A DNA stretch of 64,000 nt from Ginglymostoma cirratum (lineage: Eukaryota): contig JAHRHZ010000088.1 in NCBI GenBank assembly GCA_024137785.1, positions 16,340,049-16,404,048 of the forward strand, read 5' to 3'. Below the pieces are notes generated by a model. The model did no database searches and was not told the DNA's origin. It saw nothing but the letters and a program-made list of their open reading frames with translations. Numbering within the stretch: position 1 is the first letter of the stretch; each line of letters begins with the position of its first letter. A program made the translations under genes and the position numbers. Below are positions 26,781 through 39,186 of the stretch, one piece after another.

Positions 26781-27867
26781 AGAATACTATTAAAAATTGT
26801 ATTCCTTTAAAATGCACCATTTTCATGTAATTTAGAATTTTCATTTGTGGAAGTTAGCCTGTAGCATACAACAGTTTCAACCCTATCGCATGTCTAGCTG
26901 AAAATAGCATATAACTTGCTTGTAAACTTTTACTCAGATTGTTATGAAACCATCTTTTTTACATAGGTCAAGTGTGACCCCAGTTGAACCCCCACTTCCG
27001 GTTTATTCTCACTTCCTGTGAAGAAAGGTAGCTAGTGTCCGCTTGCTAGCTTTACACATCAATACAGCTGAGAAGTGCAGGGGTATTCTGGGTGTGAACC
27101 TGTATCGTCTACGTAAAAAGTTACACATGAATGTTTTGTTTACATAGCAAGAGGAAATCACTGCTCAAGTCAACTCAAGTCATGCCCTTAATGTGCAAAA
27201 TATGAACAAATGCTTTTTTGGGGGCAGGGTGCAAGGATGGGGTAATTTGTAAAGACTGATGCATGTGGCTGTATGTCAAAACTCAAGAGATTTAAAAGCA
27301 AAAAGAGTGAAAGTTGAAAGTTGAAAAGACATAAAACAAATGTTAACCTGCAGCTCACTCATGAGCATAGGTTGCTCTCAGGATAGCTTGCAATTTGTCA
27401 CTTCAACTGTTTTGGTGGTAGATTAGATCCACTGGGTTAGAAATATGTTGGTGGAATTCTAATAAAGAAAATAGTTTAACAAAATAACTATTGAGTAAAG
27501 TTGATTAATCATAACATCTAACAGAAATGAGCTGTGTGCAGTGAATAGAAGAAAAGATATATCCAAACAACATTTAAAATTTGTAAACATTTGTAAAGTT
27601 ATCCTCCTCTCGCAATCTAAAAGATTTGCAAAAAGAATTAAAATTAACAAGTTAGAATAGAAGTTTATCTGTAATGCGCTGCCCTATACACTCCTTCTAT
27701 CTGTAGTAACAGCTACCAACATAGTGTTCCATACAATTCTAAATTTCATTGTTACATCTCCTGGGTGAAGGTTAATATCCAAGATTTTTAATGTTAAAAT
27801 AGAGTGTCGTATTTGACATTGAACAAACTGGTTTCATTTGCTCTAAATAAACGCAATTTATGAAAGG

Positions 27868-28398
27868 AGGCAGCGATAACGGTAATGTTGCAAGATTACT
27901 AATGCACAGGCCCAGGCTAATGTTCTGGATGACATGGGTTCAAATCCCACTATAGCAGATGTTGAAACATGAAATCAATTCATAAATCTGGAGTTTAAGA
28001 GCTAGCTTAACTGCAACCGTGAAACCATTGCTGCTTGTTGCAAAAATGCAAGTGATTCATGAACGTCCTTTACAGAAGGAAATTTGCTGTCCTTATCTGG
28101 TCTGGCATACGTATAACTCTAGAGCCACAACAATGTGGTTGACTCTGAAAAGGCTTAATGAACCACTCATTTGCACAGAACTGCTAAAAACTCAAAAGAA
28201 AGGAATGTGATCAGATGAACCACCCCATTGTGACTTGAGCCAGAAACAACAATGGCAAATCTATCCCTGTAAACCCTGCAAAGCCATTTCTTTATTGCTT
28301 CTGGGACATGTGCTCTGGAAGCATTCAACATTGACTGTGGACCCTATGAAGTCTCATGACATCAGGTCAAATATTGGCAAGAAAACCACCTGCTGACA
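27868..28398 (+). mobile_element. tRNA-SINE head continuing into a LINE 5' region/APE endonuclease start
   Basis: Matches the 17212 SINE up to gtggttgactct, then continues into ALEAFNIDCGPYEVS*HQVK..Q.N.LL instead of the SINE tail. Confidence 0.6.
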
Positions 28399-28499
28399 GG
28401 GTTATGTAGGGTCACTGGACTCAGAACATTAACTCTGCTTCTCTCTACAGATGTTATCAGATCTGCCGAGTTCCTCCAGCACTTTGCGCTGTAAAATCT

Positions 28500-29170
28500 T
28501 TGGTTTTAAAATTCACTCAACGGATGTAGGTATCCCTGGGCAGGCCAGCATCTATTTTCTGACACACACTGCAAAGATCATGGTAAGCTATTTTCTTGAA
28601 TCACATGTGTTGTTCGTACAGGCACAAAGCAGTTATATCAGGAGTTAAAAAATTTTGATCAAGTGATAAATGAATGAATGAATGGCAATATATTTCCAAG
28701 ACATGATGGCATGCAATTTGGAGGGGAATTTGCACAAAGTTCCAGTATTACCAGGTCCCTGGTGCCTTTGCTTTTCTTGGTGGCAGAGTGCTACTGTATG
28801 GAAGGTTTTATCACAGAAGCCTTAGCAAATTGCTAGAGAGCATGCTGTCGATGGTACACATTGCTGCCTAATGATAACGGCAGCAAATACTTGAGGTAGT
28901 GAATGGGATGCCGTGATTGTTACCGCAGCTGTACTCAGCTGGCAAGAATAGAGTATTCCATCAAACTCAGATGTGACTCAGACCTTGTGGATGAGAAAAA
29001 ACCTTGGGAGGAGCAGGAGGTGACTTACTCACTGCAGAATATCATGTATCTGACTTGTCCTTGTATTTATCTAGCTTGTCCAGTTACAGTGCTGGCCAAC
29101 GTAACCTCAGAATGTTGATGGCGTGGAATCCAGCAATGCTAATCCCATTGAAAAGTCAACGTAATATTAA
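28500..29170 (-). mobile_element. Second-family LINE 3' part, decayed
   Basis: Aligns with 11480-12200. Confidence 0.7.
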
Positions 29171-31630
29171 GGTTAGACTTTTTCTTTTTATACAATAAAA
29201 GAAAAACAAACCTTAACATTGTTAAATATCTGCATCAGCAAAAAAATTAGACTTATCATAATCTTTAGTTATTTCTAAGTTCAGCACAGATATGAATTTA
29301 ATAAGATTTGTCAGACAACTTGAACAAATTAAAATAAAGACAGCATTAACAATCAATTAATCATTACACATTTACTCTACCTGAAGGAATCTACCCGGGT
29401 TCAGCATTATACAACTCGTGAGCTAACTTGGAATAGTTGCCAAAAATGTGCACAACGGGAGCAAAATATAATGCAAACTGAACCTTAATTTTGTGCTATC
29501 TGCTCATGTGAACTATTGCTTCATGTAGACAGTGCTATGACACCACTTAGTGGGGAGGTGCATTGTGACTAAAGCAAGTATTGTGTGTCACACAGAAAGT
29601 GAATCAGTCTGGGAAACGGTGAAGAATGATACAATATAGCAGAGAGTGGGTTCTAAGATTTTCAGACACTGCACTGGAGGTCTTGGCAGAAAACAGAAAG
29701 TTGGAGCAATCTCCTGTGATTGCAGAGGACTCTCCAGACATGTACTCAAAAGGCAATGGAATATCAGTACAAGGAGCCAAATCCCAAGGATCTGGATGCA
29801 GTGCCACATGAAATTCAGTGATCTGACATGAGTGGTCTTCAAATGCCATTTGCATCAATTATAGCAACGACCACAGACTTTTAGAAATAACTTAAGTGCT
29901 CAGAAAATGATTTTTTTATATTGATAATTAGCCACAAAACACTTGAAAAGTATTTGTGTGGCAACAGGACCTCTTTAAATTCCCATCTCACAGCATTGCA
30001 TTCTTTCAAGCAATCCCTCTCATACTACACCTACCCCATTGTTTTCATCCTTCTCACCTCATCCTCATCCAAACCATCCTATGCCACCTTATTCTGATCT
30101 CCCATTCCACTTTACATGCCATCCCATCTCCAATTCCACATTCCCTAGGCCAGTCCAGTCCCTCTTCTGTTTTTCCTCTGCCAACTCCCTCTAGCCCTCC
30201 CACCTCTCTTGTTAAAAATAAGAGTACTGACAAATAAAAAGAATATCTATAAAACAAGACAAACTATGATGACAAAACTTTCTTACAAACTTTTCAAGCA
30301 CCAAATTCTATCTTCCAAACCACTTCCCTAACCTGCATGCCATAGTTTAAAAAAAAAACTATTACTTTCTCCTAAATTTGTCAAACTTCATTACATTACA
30401 AACGTATGTCAGAATTCCTTCACATCCAGCCAAGGCAAAGCTATCTTCTTGGGCAGCAAGGTCAGTGCCTTAAATAACCTGAGGGTCATTCATTTTCTAT
30501 CAAGAATAAAAGAAAATTTCTCAAGACACATATTGTAGTAGTATGTTTTGCTGATGTAAAAATTGAGCTGCTCACATACTGTCATATTCTAATCGCTTTC
30601 AATGACAAAATGTTACTAGTTACATTCAAAAACCAAAAGTTAATTCATCCCACTTGGTTCTCAATTTGTTGATTTCCTTCAAACGTTTAATGCAAGGGAT
30701 TTCTGACTTTGGGAAGTATGCAGCTGTCAGAAGTCTCTCACAATTCTGCAATGAAATTGAGTTTTGAATGAAGTCATGTCAGCTTTCTCTTCTAAATATG
30801 AGACACATAAATGAAATTACATTAATTGTAAAAGCCCAGTGGACTTGTTTCACTGTTAATAAATAAGTTACTAATAATAACAGCTAAACCATATGTGCAG
30901 CAGCCTTCAGTTTGAAACCACATTTTTTTTAAAAAAGAAATGTAACCAAATGTGACCATCTGTTTTAAAAGGGTTCCCCTTCCACGTGGCTACAAAAATA
31001 TTTTGATTGAAAATACATAAGCTTCTTAATAAATAAAAAGTCACTCTGAAATAAGAAACTCTAGATAATGATGAATCAGTCTCATTTCAGTACAGCAATT
31101 AACAAGATCCAAACAATTACTACACAGATTTAAAAAGGGCTTTGATACGTCTATTAAAATAGTACTGGTTGAATTTTTCCAAGTGGCAGTATTTTGTTGT
31201 AACGTTGCATGGCCTACTGATTAAAGAAAGTTTCTATTGCTAAAGGAATTAACTGAGAAACTTTCAATATGGGAGATCAAGAATAGTCATTGCAGCACTT
31301 GAGGAACTACAAATGCTACAACTCAAAATGTTTTAATGCAATAAATAGTAACAATAAAGATAAGCTAAATTGGGAATTTTGAAAAGGTATAACTATTTTG
31401 CAGACAGTAAGGAATCATAAATATAACTCAAACTAAAATCATCTTTGAAATAAAAACCTAGGGACCACATCATGTTTATCAAAAGCACAGAAAGAAAGAT
31501 TAAGTTTCAAGTCAGAGTTCCTTCACCCTGCCTGATGTACATTGTCTGTTCCTCCAATAGAACTTCAGCATTTGCAGTTTTATACTTCCTTCTTTATGCT
31601 GCCTTTTCTAAACTGTAAGTTATCGTTATA

Positions 31631-31710
31631 GGAGCAGGAAAGCTTGACGTTTCGGGCTAGATCACACCTGGTTATCTCGGATTCTCCAGCATGTGCAGCG
31701 CCTATTATCT
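31631..31710. mobile_element. 80-bp PLE pLTR mini-insertion with a perfect 18-bp TSD
   Basis: CTGTAAGTTATCGTTATA at 31613-31630 and 31711-31728; insert is an inverted hammerhead 3' half plus a pLTR end. Confidence 0.8.
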
Positions 31711-33623
31711 CTGTAAGTTATCGTTATACAGATCACAATTCAAATGCTGAACATTGTAATAGAGGCTTGGATCACGATTTTGTATTTACTGTTTTGCTTA
31801 TTTCTTCGTACAGATACCTTTTTGATCTATAATCTCATTGCTCTTACAATCAAGCAGATAGAGTAGGTGATCCACTTCCAGACATCAGATAAGCCACTCT
31901 TGCGTAGAAACAACAGACCAGTAATAACTATTTATGTCCCTTGAGGGTCACTGGGCAGAACTTAGTGCCAGTGCCTGTGGTATATTTGGAGTATTTAATC
32001 AGGCAGGAGTATAGCTGGAGAAAACGCGCCGCCTCCTAAATTCACTTTGACTAATTCTGTGGCAAGACAACCAATGGACAACTTTCCTGCCCTGCCAACA
32101 ATTGGGAGCCATAAATATGCAAATAATACCCACATAAGGGCCTCATCTTAGTCGCTGGCATTAAACCAGTGACAGGTGGTGAGCTCATCATGTGGGAAGT
32201 AGGACAAGCAAACTCATTCTGGTCAGTGTGTGGGTTCGTAGGGGCTGGGGGATTGTAGGGAATTTGGTTCTTCCTGTCTTTTCTGTCAACCACCTTGCTC
32301 CCTCCCCACCCTGTGCCTCTCAACATCCAATTTCCTGCCATCATCATGCATCTCTGGCCTGGGAGCTAGCCACTATTACTGGTGGATGTCATAATAGCAG
32401 CCTTTATGGTGTCAACATTGTTCAAGAGTCTCTGACTGGCTGGCACCTCAACAGGCTTGTCAAGTGCATCAGTGAAGCAAGATGAAATGAATCTTCCAAT
32501 AAAGAGACAACATGAGCTCTCACTAGCTCTTCATGCAGCAACAAAGATCTTGTCAGCTCCAAAAGATTCTGTCCATCATTTTTCTAAACAGCATAATTCT
32601 GGTCAGAAACTGAATGAGAAAACAAATCTCTATACCAAATTACCCACCTTGCTGTCCAATGGACCACACGGTCTGTGTAATGGAAGGAAAAAGAGAGTAA
32701 TTTATTATCTTGACTCTGTTCGAGATTGGGCAATAGAACTGAAATAATTTCTAATGTTATTAAACATTCGTTCCACATAAAATGTTAACTCCTACAAAAT
32801 TGCGAACCAAAAATTGAACACTTTGAGAAGGATTTTGTGGAGAAGAACATTAAAATATGCCTTCAATTCTGAAATGGAGAAAAGAGATAAAAAGTTATCA
32901 ATATATAAATATTTGATTATTTTTCTTTAAAATATATGGTCACTTCTTGAATAATCATTATCTATGATATTTTCAGTAATCAATATCAGATTGTAATCAG
33001 AACCTGTATGCAGTCTGTTTGGCCCAATCAGTTTTGATACTCATGAGCAACAAATCTACATGTTAGCTTTGTTTCCATCTTCCCTTCAATCATGTAACAA
33101 ATACTGCTTTCACTGAGAGGGTTTTGAAAGTGGAAAACTTCTTCCTACTTTCAACCTGGCACAACTTATTTTTACTCTTATAACAACGTAGCTTCACTAT
33201 AGACAATCAACCCAAGTTGTTTCTATTTTCTTTGTCCTGTCGCCTCAGAACATATACATTGCATTTTATCAAGTCACCTATAATCTTATTTATTAATAAG
33301 GTCCATTCCAATCTTTCAAGTTTTTCTTTATTTTTGCATTTCTTCAAAACATACAATATTTTATTGAATCTGCACTATCCTCATTCATTGCATCAGCATC
33401 CTTACTATATTGGGGAACCCAAAACATCCACCACACTCCGTGACATTACTAACATTACATACTATCATTTTATGCAGATTCATGATTTAATCTCAACTGT
33501 TATAACCTGTACCTCTTGCCAATACATCCAATACTCCAGGAAGTTTCTTTAATGGCCTTATTGAAGTCTTACTTTTAATGTGTTGAGTATCTGAACCCAA
33601 GTCATTTTATTCATCCATGTTAC

Positions 33624-33750
33624 CAGCTCGACTCAAAAGAATAACAAGAGGGCACTGAGTACAGCGTGTATCTCCACTGCTCAGTTTTAACCCAACACTT
33701 TTAGAATTATTCAGCTCTTCCTCAAGGCCTTTCCCTGTTTGGTTGATGTC
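33624..33750 (-). other. Candidate internal exon of the minus-strand gene (127 nt)
   Basis: Acceptor ttttttttcaactttgtatttgtag|GAC and donor CTG|gtaaca; frame 0 is open (DINQTGKGLEEELNNSKSVGLKLSSGDTRCTQCPLVILLSRA); coding status unknown. Confidence 0.4.
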
Positions 33751-34199
33751 CTACAAATACAAAGTTGAAAAAAAAATTTATTAAGAACTTTGATGTCAAT
33801 ACAGAGATTTCAGAACAATCCACATCAAACAACCTGCTTCGAAAACTTGGCTCATATTTGACAGCTGGGACAAATTTCAACACAACAGCTTAGGTAATCC
33901 AAAACAATCAACATGATTCTAAAACAAAAATCCACAACAAAGAACAAAAAAAAAACAATTTCTCCTGTTTTCTAATATTAACAGATCTTTTTAAAAAACT
34001 TCTAGGAGCAGCAGCCACATCTTCGTCCAAAACTAATCAGCTCCTTCTTGGGCCATACCTCTCTGTGTACCTAGCTTTGCTGAAATCTATCCATTAGTTT
34101 TGAGATTCAATGAGATATTTTGAGATAAACAGACCAACTGCAGAGATGAAAACATTGCTTCCATTCACCTTCGCTTGTGGAGGTAATTATTACATTTTT

Positions 34200-35700
34200 T
34201 TAAATTGCATCTCAAATTTGTCATTTGTATGCTAAAATCACCATGTTAGTAATAACCCCTTTCAACTTTCGCCAGAACTCAAAAATAATTATCTATTTTG
34301 TTAAGATGTATTTAAAACCTGTGAACTGTCCTCTCTGGCCGTAATTCCAAATCATAAGATTCAGTGAACAAAGCAGTCCCAAAACATATCTCTGTGGAAC
34401 ACCATTGCCCATTGAGAAATGTCTCAAAATTTATGACAGGTCTTACGCCTTCTAACAAGATGATGATCTAATTTTCCAGCTTCCATTTAATTCCATGGCA
34501 TTTAATCATTTCCAATAGTCTCCAATGTGACACCTTGTAAAAGACTTCCTAAAAGTCCATGAGCCACATATTCACTGCCTCCTCTTACCCACAGTACCAC
34601 CTTCTTAAAGAACTTTATTAGATTCATCAAGCGGAATTTTCCTTCCAGAAATCAATTTTAACTAATTCAACCTATTCTTTAGATATTTATTATTTTCAGC
34701 CATAATTTGAAAGTTTTTTTTCTCTACCATCATTGATGGTATATAATATCTGGATTGGTTCCTTTTTCCTTTTTGGAAAATAGATAGTCTATTTCATTGC
34801 CAAGTCCAGGTTCAGTACACAGTCCCTATTAGTAGAATTTTCACTCTACATCTAACATCTCTTCCCTCATTTCTTTGGGATCAGTGGGTGTAGTTCAATA
34901 GGTTCCAGCAATTTGTACCCATAAATGTTTTTCCAATAGTTTCCTTTTATTTGTCAGAACATCATTCACCTTACTTTTAACTAATCTGTCCCTCCCCTGC
35001 ATTCTTTTTTGTAAACACAGATGCGTAGTACGTGTTGTTTCATAATACCTATTTATTCTTTCCAGTTCACTATTCTTTTCATGAGTCCAACTAATGGAAA
35101 AAAAATTTGTTGATATTTTACTGTAAATTCTTCTCAGATTTTTCTTCTAATATGTCTTGTTTTCTATCTCAGTTTTTAAATAAAAACCATATCCTTCTTT
35201 TCTTGTATTTTCTGTTACTTTTAATCAAATCTTTAAGTCTCAAGTAGTCACTTCAATTTTCATTTCTAACTGCTTTACACCAAGTCTTAAAATGTCATGA
35301 GTAAAGTAGTCTGCTTTTTAAAAAATGTATTTATTTTATAACTTTATGATCTCCTATTACATAAAAAAGTTCATTTGTTGACTTACTTTCTTGAATTCTA
35401 TTTTAACTTTCCGTCTCACCTCAGCCAATTCAACTCTCATCTTTCTAAAATTTGCCTTTTTGAGGAAAGAATTCTGCTGCATTTTAGAACTTCAATTCAT
35501 TTTCCCCCTTTCTAAATCATCTCAGAACTTAGACATTCTGAAACAATAACTGTCATTCCTACACATCCCTCTCATCTGCTCTCCCATTTCTCTTCAATTT
35601 CAGACGATAAAACTTTGTAGTACAATCCCCTTTTTTAAAAAAAATTACCTTTGATTTCTAACCAAATTGACTCTGAATCTCATTTTCTTGAGTAACTTGT
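34200..35700 (-). mobile_element. Very old AT-rich CR1 remnant
   Basis: Weak RT traces (ctgtggaacaccatt, tgtgacaccttgtaaaagacttcctaaaagtcc = DF.K.F.KVSH). Confidence 0.45.
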
Positions 35701-37876
35701 CTTCACTGCAGCATGTACTTTCTCCTTGACTAATATGATGAATAAATACTAATTTATTGTTTTACTTTTTTCACTTGATATATATTTGGGCATTAAAATT
35801 ATTAGCATCTCGACTCTAAACTCGATTTAGATCCTCAAAGTACTAAACTGGGATTTAAATAATACCGCAAAATTAAAATTAATGTTTAATATTTTACACT
35901 TATTTCATAATTTATCTGGTTTCTCTTATGTTGTTGCACTATTATTTTAGAATTTTCATGTGATTGAATACCACAAACATTAGTTGTTATCACTAAACAA
36001 ATCAAATACAGCTTAGGGTGTTTCTTTCTGAAAAAGATCTTTTGACTTAATCTAAGATTTTTATTTTAGAACTATTAATATGTTTTGCAGGTGCATAAGG
36101 TATTGTTTCTTGTACAGTCAGGAGATAATTCATACCCAACAAAATTTTAAAAATTATCATATTTAAAAAAAGGAGAAAAAAGTCAGAAAATTGGAAAATA
36201 GAATCAATCAGACATTATGGTTGGCACGTGCAATAAAAATCACAATTAAGGTTAACTATCAATACCTTACAGAATATAGACAGTCAACTATATAAGTAAC
36301 TCAACAGATATAAATTTATTTCCAGACTCTTCAAAAGATTATTTTGTATAATTGTTTGGAAAGGATATAAAGCAAAAGAGATTGATAATGCTATACTTCA
36401 GTCTAATCTTTCTTCCCCCAAGATAACTGTGTCAGGCTAAAAAATAAGTGGCAGTGGTGAATATTTACACAATAAATTAGTTTTCCAATGATCCAAACTT
36501 TAAACATTATAGTCAATATGCATGAAACAAAAATGTCAAAACAATTACCAGTATGATATAACTGTTTGCACCCTCAATCTCACAATAATCAACACCCCAC
36601 TTATAAAATCACAATTATTTAGTCCAACACAAGAATTTTGCATTTTTTACAATTACTCTGGTTTTTCAGGTTCTTGTTCTACTCATGGAGAATTCTGTTT
36701 TGTGTAAAGTTTCAATTGCCTATTTGCAACCGACTCCTGAAGACACATTTTCGTCAGAACAATAGATTAAATCAATATAGTCTTATCACATTTCTAGTTT
36801 CAAGGCAAAGGGTTAAACGAGTTAAAGGAAAGTTGAACACTTTAATTCACTGAAATTTTAACATGCCAACCACTGTAAGTGTAGCATTGACCATCGGCTG
36901 CTGTCGAAACGATCGTTTTAAAAGTTGATGGCGGACCGCAAGTAAAATTTCATTTTACATTCATTGATCTGGTAAGGTCTCCAAGACGTCATTTCGTGCC
37001 AGTGACGGACGAATGCAAACTGAGCAAAGATTATTTTAAAGTCGCTACTACTTTGCAACTTAACAAAATAAGACAATCCACGACTTCCACGATCATCTTG
37101 ATTCAAATCTCAGCTTTTATCACGAAACATATTCAATATATTATAATTAAGTCATCTGACTTCTCTCAAGACCCTCCTACTGGAGCTTTTATTATTTATA
37201 ACACAATATGCTACTGCCACCTAACTGAGCCTTTGACTAATCCATGCTCGAATGCTGCAACACCACCATCCCTGAAAGCAAATGCTATAAAGATATACAT
37301 TGTAAAAGAAAAACTCACGAGTTAGCTTGTATTGCACCAAATAGATACCAAAACGAAAACAAACTAAGCTCTTAAGAAGTGAATTGAACAAACGAAGCAA
37401 GCGGCGTTTCAGCTTCTGAATGGTATTCACCAGATAAAGAAATCAGTTACAGATAAAAAAGGAATAATAATCTTAACTGCACACTGGTCAAATCGTTTTA
37501 TTTTTTGATACATTGTAACACATCCCTGCAATGACCGTTTTACACTAACCTTTCTTCGCGATACAATAAAACTAACTGAAGCAGCACGCACGGAAATGGG
37601 TTTGTAACAAAGGAAAGACTGCTGGCAAACTGAAGTGTCAAAAACTACAGAATGAAGCGTTGCAACAAAGTGTCACTCGCCACTGAAACCATCGGGATTG
37701 CATAAGTGCGGGATTTTTGTTGCATTTTAATAAGGCATAACCCAAACGAGGAGAAAATTCGTAAAAGGAAGAAAAGAAAACAAATCAGCCCCGGCATTAA
37801 AAAGCCAAGTCAGCAGAAACGAAAGTGCAATATACACAAACAACTAATACAAAGATTTAGTTGTATTTAAACTTAC

Positions 37877-38090
37877 TCGGCGTGTATCGGATGCTGCAGA
37901 TTGTGCCTTGCGGGTGTGTGTATATGGTGCCGATTCTGCCCGCGCCCCCAGCCCCCAGCCGCGCTGTCGATACAGCTGCAGGGAATCGGATTGTGATCAT
38001 TCGCGATTGCAGACACCAGGCGTGACTTTTCGCGGGACTCGAAACCCTCCCACCGAAACTGCGCCTGGATTTACCACCTCATCAAAGGCA
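37877..38090 (-). other. Probable first (5' UTR) exon of a divergent minus-strand gene; DNMT3B expected by synteny, not confirmed
   Basis: GC-rich segment ending CCGA|gtaagt on the minus strand; 5' boundary approximate; COMMD7 is head-to-head with DNMT3B in human (established), but no DNMT3B protein similarity is visible. Confidence 0.55.
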
Positions 38091-38322
38091 GAGCCTGCTT
38101 TTAGCTGGCAGGGGAAACACCCGAACATCGTCATAAAATGCTTTTGAATTTATTCCATGCCATTTGCAGGTTCCGCGTTTACTTTCTCTTTCTCTCGCTC
38201 TGCGCAGGCCTACCCTCGTCGGGTGTGTCGAAAGTGCGGGCTGTGAGCTGCAAGCCATCCCGTCTCCTTCCTGCTCTTCACTCTGGCTGGAAGGAGCAAG
38301 ACAAGAGGCAAGGCAGGGGAAG

Positions 38323-38406
38323 ATGCACAAATTGCATTTCAGCGGAGAGCCTGTGCCGGATTGTGTGCTGAACGACATCCAGACACTTAATAAACTCTCC
38401 AGCCAG
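38323..38406 (+). CDS. COMMD7: COMMD7 coding exon 1 (84 nt)
   Basis: ATG at 38323 encodes MHKLHFSGEPVPDCVLNDIQTLNKLSSQ, similar to human MGRLHCTEDPVPEAVGGDMQQLNQLGAQ; donor CAG|gtaact; lies in the CpG-rich island. Confidence 0.95.
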
Positions 38407-39186
38407 GTAACTGCTGCGAATGGATGTCATTCTTAATATTGTTCAATGACCGTGGGTGTTTGAATTTACAGGAAGAAGAGAAACATAGGCTTCAGACCCA
38501 GTAACATATGCAGTAAACATAAAAAAAAGGAATGCCATTTAAGATCAGCAATAGACGTGCATATTACCAAGTCATTTAAGCACACGGAAGTGGTCGGAGA
38601 TTAACTGGAAATCTAAAACTAAAGCATTAAATACTTGGAAAAAAACAGAGCAGGCCAGTCAGAATCTGTATGGTGAAAATAGAAACCAAATCTTCTGGCT
38701 GTTTGTCCTTCATAACAACTGATAAGATTGAGTGATTAAAATCATAAAATTACATCTGTTCAACCACAAATGAATTATATTTCCATAGAAGTTCCTTAAA
38801 GCACTTTTCTTAACAGCTGTCGTCAGTTTGAAAACTGAACCCCAAGTCTGTCATTTTTTATAAAGTAATATTCACGTTGTAATTGTTTGAAACTTGAAAA
38901 TTGCTTTAAAAAGACACAAAATGCATTTTAATTTACTGTGGTAAATTGCAAGATTAGGGGATAATCACATTTCTAATATATTTTCATTTGTTCTATGCTC
39001 TTCCCTGTCCCATTTGCTACTGGGCTTGACAAAAGTTTTCAATCCAGTTTGAATGCTTCTCTTTAAAGAGAATCCTTGTCGAAACTGAAACCCCTACCCC
39101 ATATCTAATGTGCAACAGACTGCCAGCTACCTACAGGAGAACATTTTCTTTAATGGAAAATCTTAGGAAACTGCAATAGAAGTAAT

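Larger units (their letters stand above)
37530..38460. promoter_or_regulatory. CpG-rich island / bidirectional promoter
   Basis: Dense CpG in an otherwise CpG-depleted window; + strand COMMD7 exon 1 and a - strand GTAAGT donor at 37876 point away from each other; E2F-like TTTTCGCGGG (~38027), CHR-like TTTGAA (~38143), YY1-like GCCATTT (~38159), NRF1-like TGCGCAGGC (38201). Confidence 0.8.

Noticed and set aside
29588-29858. Overlapping ~84-aa ORFs as DNMT3B exons
   Set aside because: No recognisable similarity and no consistent splice-phase model
38164-38322. In-frame N-terminal extension of COMMD7
   Set aside because: No in-frame ATG; the ATG at 38323 has a purine at -3 and gives the canonical 200 aa
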